From assembly GCA_963765495.1 (NCBI GenBank), contig CAVXWP010000007.1:384001-448000 (forward strand): a DNA stretch of 64,000 bases, given 5' to 3'. A program made the position numbers and the translations under genes. Positions within the stretch are counted from its first letter, which is position 1; the number at the start of each line of letters is the position of its first letter. This document shows positions 58,313 to 64,000 of this stretch, one piece after another. This DNA is from Blastocatellia bacterium. GTDB taxonomy: Bacteria; Acidobacteriota; Blastocatellia; UBA7656. The notes below the pieces were generated by a model. The model was not told the origin of the DNA. It did not search any database and saw nothing but the letters and a program-made list of their open reading frames with translations.

Positions 58313-59290
58313 ATGAAAAAACGCATAGCTGTCTTCTTCACGGGCGGGACTATTTCAATGAAATACGATCCCGAAATCGGCGCGGCGGTGCCCGCGCTTT
58401 CGGGTAGAGAGATAATTGACAATGTAGCCGGGCTCGATGAAGTTGCCGAGGTTGAGATAGTTGATTTTGGGCGACTGCCCGGACCTCACATGACGCCGCG
58501 TTTGATGATGGATCTGTCATTTCAGGTGAGCCAGGCGCTCGACCGCGCCGATGTTGATGGAGCAGTGGTCACTCATGGGACAGATACGCTCGAAGAGACG
58601 GCCTACCTGCTGGACCTCACCGTGGACAACCCTAAACCAATCGTATTTGTCGGGGCAATGCGTAATAGCTCCGAGGCAGGATGGGATGGTCCTTCGAATC
58701 TGCTTTCAGCCACACGGGTCGCGGCGTCGGATCCGGCCCGGGGTCTTGGCGTGCTCGTGATGATGAACGAGACGGTGCTGGCCGCCAGTGAAGCGACCAA
58801 GACTCACACGGAATCGTTCGATTCGTTTCAAAGCGTTGATTTCGGCCCGCTCGGCGTAGTTGATCGCGGCGAAGTCCTGATCCGCCGCGCCCCTTCTGAG
58901 CGCAGGCATCTTTTCACCACCGAAATAGCCGAACCCGTATGGCTTATGAAGACGGCGGCCGGAATCGACTCCACGTTGATTGATTGCTGTATTGATGCGG
59001 GCGCGCGCGGGTTGGTGATCGAAGCGCTTGGCCGCGGTAACGTGCCCCCCGATTGCGTACCCGGAATTGAAAGAGCTATCTCAAACGGGATTCCCGTAGT
59101 CCTCGTCTCCCGTTGCCTCAGAGGCCGTGTCTATCCGAGCTATGGTTACGCGGGCGGCGGCAAACAACTTCAAAACCTCGGCGTTATTCTCGCGGATTTT
59201 CTGAACGGTCCGAAAGCCCGCATAAAACTGATCCTTGCCCTGAGCCTGAGCAATGACCCGGTCGAAATCCAATCTATTTTCAATCCCTAA
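58313..59290 (+). CDS. L-asparaginase (cytoplasmic)
   Basis: TGGTIS, HGTDTLEETAY, GAMR, DGP.NL, G.GN, KARI.L. Confidence 0.93.
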   Translation: MKKRIAVFFTGGTISMKYDPEIGAAVPALSGREIIDNVAGLDEVAEVEIVDFGRLPGPHMTPRLMMDLSFQVSQALDRADVDGAVVTHGTDTLEETAYLLDLTVDNPKPIVFVGAMRNSSEAGWDGPSNLLSATRVAASDPARGLGVLVMMNETVLAASEATKTHTESFDSFQSVDFGPLGVVDRGEVLIRRAPSERRHLFTTEIAEPVWLMKTAAGIDSTLIDCCIDAGARGLVIEALGRGNVPPDCVPGIERAISNGIPVVLVSRCLRGRVYPSYGYAGGGKQLQNLGVILADFLNGPKARIKLILALSLSNDPVEIQSIFNP

Positions 59291-59305
59291 ACTCTCGCTT
59301 TTGAT

Positions 59306-59335
59306 TTGACAATTCGAACGAGCGTTCGATAAAAT
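59306..59335 (+). promoter_or_regulatory. Sigma70 promoter with a palindromic TetR-type operator in the spacer
   Basis: TTGACA-N18-TAAAAT; the spacer contains TCGAACG-AG-CGTTCGA. Confidence 0.8.
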
Positions 59336-59381
59336 GTAAGTATAGCAATGGAACGAGAATAAGACCTGTTTGGAGGATCAG

Positions 59382-60622
59382 ATGGCAGCCAGTTACGTTA
59401 CGACAACTATCACGAAGAAATATCACGATGCGATTGTGGATTGGCAGGAGAAGAATTTCCCCGAGCTGGCGATACTGGAAAAGCACTGGGATGACTATTT
59501 CAAGGGCCAGCCTCCTTTCCAGCTTGTCTCCAAGATAGGGACCGTGGATAGCGATGTCATTCAGTTAGGCCAGTATGCGGGACGCAAGCGGTTTGAGCGC
59601 GCCAAAGAGATGGTAGGGAATACCTTCTTCAGCGCTCGCGACATAATTCGCGCCCAGGCGTCCACCGAACTGGGTTCCATCCAGCAACACAGGCTTACGC
59701 TGGACCGGGCCATAAGCGACAAGGGTAAATTTGCCGTGTTGCGCATCATGGCCGAAGAGTTGCGCCACGCGTATCAGATGTTCTGGGTTCTCGATCAGGA
59801 CCCGACCTGGAAGAAGCCCGGCCTCGGAGACGTTGCAAAGATGACCATCGAAGAGTTGCTCTCGATGGAGCTGGGCAGCCATGTGCTCGACGCTTTTAAT
59901 ATTGATTTCAACGACTTTTTGGATAATGTCACATACGCCACGGTCATAGATCTCGTGGGCAAATATCAGCTTGAGATGCAGCAGGTCTTCAGCTACGCGC
60001 CGATGGCTCGCAGCATGGGCCCATGCTTCAGGAAGAGTCATTCCACCTTGGAAGCGGGCGGTCCCTGCTAAAGGACATCGGAGAGATGGCGGCGCGGGGC
60101 GAAGGCGATTACAGCGTAGAAGATATACAACGGGCGCTCAATCTCTGGGTTCCGCGCGGGCTTGAGATGTTCGGCAACGAACACGGCGGCGAGACTGCTA
60201 TGACCTTCGGCTTTAAGGATAAGACCAACGGAACGGCACAGGGCGAGTATTTCGAAGAGGTCCGCAGGGTGATTCGTAACGTCAACGTAGCGATGGTCCA
60301 GCAGCGCATCGCGGGCATCTCTCGGCAGGATGCGCACGATTGTCTGGACGAGATCGAGAAGAGCGGCGAGTCGAATCGCGGCATCAAGCCCGAGGAAGTG
60401 CTCTTTTTGCCGGATCTGAAATTCTTCCGCAAGCGTGGAATGGAAGAGTATGTCTTTCAGCCGTTTGACACGCGGGGCAATCTGCTGACGGCAGACGGCA
60501 GGCCGCTTTCCGAAGACGCATATTTGAAATATCTCTCTACCGTGCTGCCCGAAAAATTCATAGGCAGCCGCGAGTACAACAAGTTTGTTGATCAGATGCG
60601 CGAGTTTTACGCCAACCAGTAA
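59382..60622 (+). pseudogene. PaaA/PaaC/BoxB-like di-iron (ferritin-like) ring-epoxidase subunit, split by a 1-nt frameshift near 60021
   Basis: GGAGG RBS; EELRH in ORF1; SYAPMARSMGP continues as MLQEESFH in the shifted frame; the repaired ORF would be about 413 aa. Confidence 0.8.
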
Positions 60623-60652
60623 TCCTACCTTGATTTTGTGAGCGGAATTTAT

Positions 60653-60681
60653 AGGCGGCCTGCCGGGCCGCCTGATTTTTT
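60653..60681 (+). terminator. Probable intrinsic terminator
   Basis: AGGCGGCC-tgccg-GGCCGCCT then gaTTTTTT. Confidence 0.7.
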
Positions 60682-60816
60682 GCTCGCAGTCTCTTGCTCG
60701 CAGTCTCTTGCTCGCCGCGAATTCATCATCACGCCTGAACTCCGGCAGATCGCCTGCATTTGTTGCGGCTCCATCCCGAATGATGATAGCTTTTCGGTTT
60801 TGGTTTCGGAGGCGGA

Positions 60817-61974
60817 TTGAATCAAAAGAAGGCTTTTTTGGCCATCTATATCAGTGTTGCAATCAGTTATCTCGGCGTGGGTCTGGTCGCGCCTCTAATC
60901 GCTATAGTTCTTTCCGAGCACGGAGCCGACAGCTTTATTGTCGGGCTCGTCGGCACAACGATGTTCGCCTTCTTTACCCTGGCATCTTTCCCTATAGGAA
61001 AGACGACCGATCTCATAGGACCCAAGCCGATTCTGATTGGAGGCCTGATAGTTTACGGGCTTGCGATACTTATGTTCGCCTTTATACAGAATGTATGGCT
61101 TTTTTTTGTTGTAAGGGCGATAGAAGGAGTGGGAGGGGCGGCTATCTCGGTCGGGACCGAGACGATGATCAGCCAGTTGAGCTCGCACGATGAGCGCGCG
61201 CGCCGAATGAGTTACTATGCATTATCGGTCGGCCTGGGATGGGCGGCCGGACCTCTTGCGGGCGCGCTTCTATTTCAATTTCATCCTTACATCCCTTTTG
61301 TCGCCTGTTTCGCATTTAGCCTGACTGCGGCGCTGCTCGCCTCTGGCTTTATCCCGCACACTGCCCCTACGAAAGAACACGCGCAGGTCGGGGCGGCGGG
61401 TCTTCTCTCTAAAATTATTTTGCCCGTATCGGCGGGTGCGCTATATGGCTATCTGATGTCTTCGATTGTGACTCTCGTTCCGCTTTATCTAAAGGCGATC
61501 AACATAGATGAAACCCGAATGGGCACGATCATCACCGCCGTAATAGTGGGAACGCTGGTGAGCCAGGTTCCCATAGGAAAGGCTGCCGACCGTTACGGCA
61601 AACGCAATACACTTCTTGTATGCACGCTCTTGCTGTCAGGTGATTTCGCCCTCGTATCATTTCACACATCCTGGCTGCCATTCCTCGTGACCGGGTCGCT
61701 TATGGGTGCTCTGGCTGGGAGCCTTTATCCCATAGGGCTTTCGATGATCGGCGGGCAGGTAGCCAGGGAGCGACTCGGGGCGGCCACTTCATTCTTCTCG
61801 CTAGCCTTCGGCCTTGGAAGCCTTCTCGGCCCTGCCGTCTCCGGTCTGGCCATGAGCCACCTTGGCAATCGCTGGCTCTTTTATCTCCCCTCGATATTGA
61901 CGGCATCTTTCTGTCTTGGGCTTTTCATCCTCTATCGCAAGTCTGCTCGTCCCACATTGCCACACTCGGGATAA
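60817..61974 (+). CDS. MFS transporter
   Basis: GGAGG RBS + TTG; GK.TD.IG.K and GKAADRYGKR motif A; about 12 TMs. Confidence 0.9.
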   Translation: MNQKKAFLAIYISVAISYLGVGLVAPLIAIVLSEHGADSFIVGLVGTTMFAFFTLASFPIGKTTDLIGPKPILIGGLIVYGLAILMFAFIQNVWLFFVVRAIEGVGGAAISVGTETMISQLSSHDERARRMSYYALSVGLGWAAGPLAGALLFQFHPYIPFVACFAFSLTAALLASGFIPHTAPTKEHAQVGAAGLLSKIILPVSAGALYGYLMSSIVTLVPLYLKAINIDETRMGTIITAVIVGTLVSQVPIGKAADRYGKRNTLLVCTLLLSGDFALVSFHTSWLPFLVTGSLMGALAGSLYPIGLSMIGGQVARERLGAATSFFSLAFGLGSLLGPAVSGLAMSHLGNRWLFYLPSILTASFCLGLFILYRKSARPTLPHSG

Positions 61975-62301
61975 ATTCATACTTCGCTCTCTCATCTCAA
62001 GCAACTGTGGTTTTCTTTTCCTTTGCCATTAATGACGCGTATTGTGTATCATAGTAGTATTGGTTTGAAGGATTACCGGTTCGATACCGTAGAGGGATTA
62101 CGTGTCGCCGGTAGTATCTCCATCGCTTCAATAAAGATCAGAATGATCGCCACTTAACGAAGAAGCTACTCGAGACTGCCAACCACAACTCTCTACATTC
62201 ATTTGAATCGACTGCTGGGAACTTGCCGCACAAATCTAGCAACCGGCAGCGCGGATTCATTAAATGTGATTATGTATCCCCAGGCGAAAGAGGTGATCGA
62301 A

Positions 62302-63096
62302 TTGGTCTCTAATGTGTCAAGAAAACGAAGCGCGGATTCATCCGCAGCAAAAGAATCAGCGGTCCAGAAAGCAAAGAAGAAGCGTAGAACCAAAGGCCCG
62401 AGCGAAAAGATTCGCTCGCTGGCCGCAATGAGTCTCGCTTCCAAGGTTGGCTACCTCAAACTGAGCGACCTGCTGGAAACCGAAAGCCCCAAAATCAGAG
62501 CGATGGTCGAAGAGCATCTGACGAAGCGCACGTTCAAATCGGGTGAAACCATTTATCCAAATGGTCGCTCGGAATCTGTCATATACGTCGTCAGGAGCGG
62601 GTCGGTCAACATCGTTCGCCCTTCGAAACTCGGCCATCGGTTCTCTGTAACCAGGCTTGAACCCGGAGCCATTTTTGGCGAGATGGCCATACTCGGACAG
62701 AGCATGCTTGGTGCTCAAGCCGAAGCCGCAGAAAAATCGGAGGTCGCTCGCCTGAGCGCCGCCGATCTGGAAAAGGTTATCTCGGCATCGCCTTCGATAG
62801 CTCTGAACGTGCTTGAAAAAGTCGGCCCGAGACTGGTCGAAGCCGAAAAGCAACGCGAACGCGCTGCATTTCAACCCGTTACGGCCAGGGTTGCTTCCTT
62901 GCTTTCCAGATATGCCAATAAGGATAAGCAAGTCGTTGGAGTCACTCACCAGGATATGGCTGACGAGTTGGGTGTTTACCGGGAGACGGTAACAAATGCT
63001 CTTGCGGAGTTGAAGCAGGACAAGTTGATCTCAATCGGACGAAAGAGAATCACCTTGCTTGATCCTGATGCCTTGCGCAAGCTTGATTCGTTTTAA
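62302..63096 (+). CDS. Crp/Fnr-family transcriptional regulator
   Basis: cNMP domain (SGSV, FGEMA) and HTH THQDMADELGVYRETVTNAL; start uncertain (ATG 62272, or TTG 62302 after GAGGTG). Confidence 0.9.
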   Translation: MVSNVSRKRSADSSAAKESAVQKAKKKRRTKGPSEKIRSLAAMSLASKVGYLKLSDLLETESPKIRAMVEEHLTKRTFKSGETIYPNGRSESVIYVVRSGSVNIVRPSKLGHRFSVTRLEPGAIFGEMAILGQSMLGAQAEAAEKSEVARLSAADLEKVISASPSIALNVLEKVGPRLVEAEKQRERAAFQPVTARVASLLSRYANKDKQVVGVTHQDMADELGVYRETVTNALAELKQDKLISIGRKRITLLDPDALRKLDSF

Positions 63097-63166
63097 CCTG
63101 GCAATTGCCATAGGGCCGACCCGCTAGTAGAATTACCTTTGCTGAACCTGTTATGGAGTCGGCCCT

Positions 63167-63985
63167 ATGGATATATTGTGGATAGTGATTGTCATAGGCT
63201 ACGCCATTTGCGTGGCGCAGTCCATTCTGGCCCTTACAACAAATCGTCCAGTGATGCGGATTCCGGCGCTTGTGGCGCTGAGCATTGCCTTCGGAGCGCA
63301 CACTGCCTGGCTATTGCTTGAAGGTATTCAGACAGGCAGGTGCCCTCTGGTAGGTACTCAGGAGATGTTTGCCTTTCTCTCCTGGAGCCTGGTCGTATCT
63401 TACCTGATAGCCCAGCGATGGTTTCATGCCAACGCGCTAAAGGCATTTATCTTTCCGATAGTCCTGGTGCTGGCCACGATAGCGGCAATCTCACCCGGAA
63501 ATGTCGGTCAGCCCGAAGGCATACATAACCCGCTTCAGGGCTTTCTCTTTCCTCTGCACGCGGGATTAATCCTGATCGCTTATGCCGCCTTCTTCATAGC
63601 ATTCGGCGCGGGGGTGATGTACATAATTCAGGAACGCGAGTTGAAACTCAAACGCTTCGGGACGATATTTTACCGTTTGCCCTCGCTTGAAACCTGCGAA
63701 TCCATAATCTTCAAATCCATGGCCGTAGGCTTTCTTATGCTGACGCTTGGGATCGCCGCCGGCATAGGCTGGCAACGCGCCCGCGATGGAGTCTACTGGC
63801 ACGGCGAGCCAATAGAAATTTTCTCCGTCGTCACGTGGGTCATCTATTTGCTGCTTATTCAATCCAGAATGAATGCCGGTTGGAGCGGACGAGCGACGGC
63901 TATGGCTTCAATAGTCAGTTTTATGATCGTAATCTGTAGCCTGCTGGGAGTGCGTTATCTGGGGACGTTGCACGCTTTTGGCTGA
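63167..63985 (+). CDS. ccsA: Cytochrome c assembly protein (CcsA/HemX-like)
   Basis: About 8 TMs; H..LI..AY, YIIQE..LK.K.F......LPSL, GF..LTLG...G. Confidence 0.8.
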   Translation: MDILWIVIVIGYAICVAQSILALTTNRPVMRIPALVALSIAFGAHTAWLLLEGIQTGRCPLVGTQEMFAFLSWSLVVSYLIAQRWFHANALKAFIFPIVLVLATIAAISPGNVGQPEGIHNPLQGFLFPLHAGLILIAYAAFFIAFGAGVMYIIQERELKLKRFGTIFYRLPSLETCESIIFKSMAVGFLMLTLGIAAGIGWQRARDGVYWHGEPIEIFSVVTWVIYLLLIQSRMNAGWSGRATAMASIVSFMIVICSLLGVRYLGTLHAFG

Positions 63986-64000
63986 ACCTGGCCCCGGAAA

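Noticed and set aside
60000-60071. Programmed -1 ribosomal frameshift in the PaaA-like gene
   Set aside because: No XXXYYYZ slippery heptamer of the usual A/U-rich type; a mutation or sequence error is more parsimonious
62040-62100. GGTTCGATACC T-loop-like motif suggesting a tRNA
   Set aside because: No D arm, anticodon arm or acceptor stem can be formed

Overview
GC-rich, gene-dense bacterial chromosomal segment. The gene repertoire suggests Acidobacteria, probably Blastocatellia-like (inference). It holds about 40 CDS: rseP; a secreted S8 protease; a divergent PP2C phosphatase / Ser-Thr kinase pair; a cobalamin uptake operon (btuF-C-D-B) with two cobalamin riboswitches; an MFS-SDR-NamZ cluster; FmdE; proBA; and two giant modular secreted proteins, one a 2167-aa C25 peptidase with dockerin- and cohesin-like modules behind a sigma54-type promoter. 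It also holds a 16-kb uncharacterised MoxR/VWA/DUF58/BatA/DUF4159/TPR-peptidase operon; folP; cysE; an orphan double-domain DNA methyltransferase; AlaX; asparaginase; a frameshifted PaaA/BoxB-like di-iron gene with a PaaR-like operator; an MFS; a Crp regulator; and ccsA. No rRNA, tRNA, CRISPR array, transposase or prophage was seen. Intergenic DNA is full of inverted 7/9-mer tandem-repeat elements and 13-16 bp tandem duplications. All product calls come from motif recognition by eye, not database searches.
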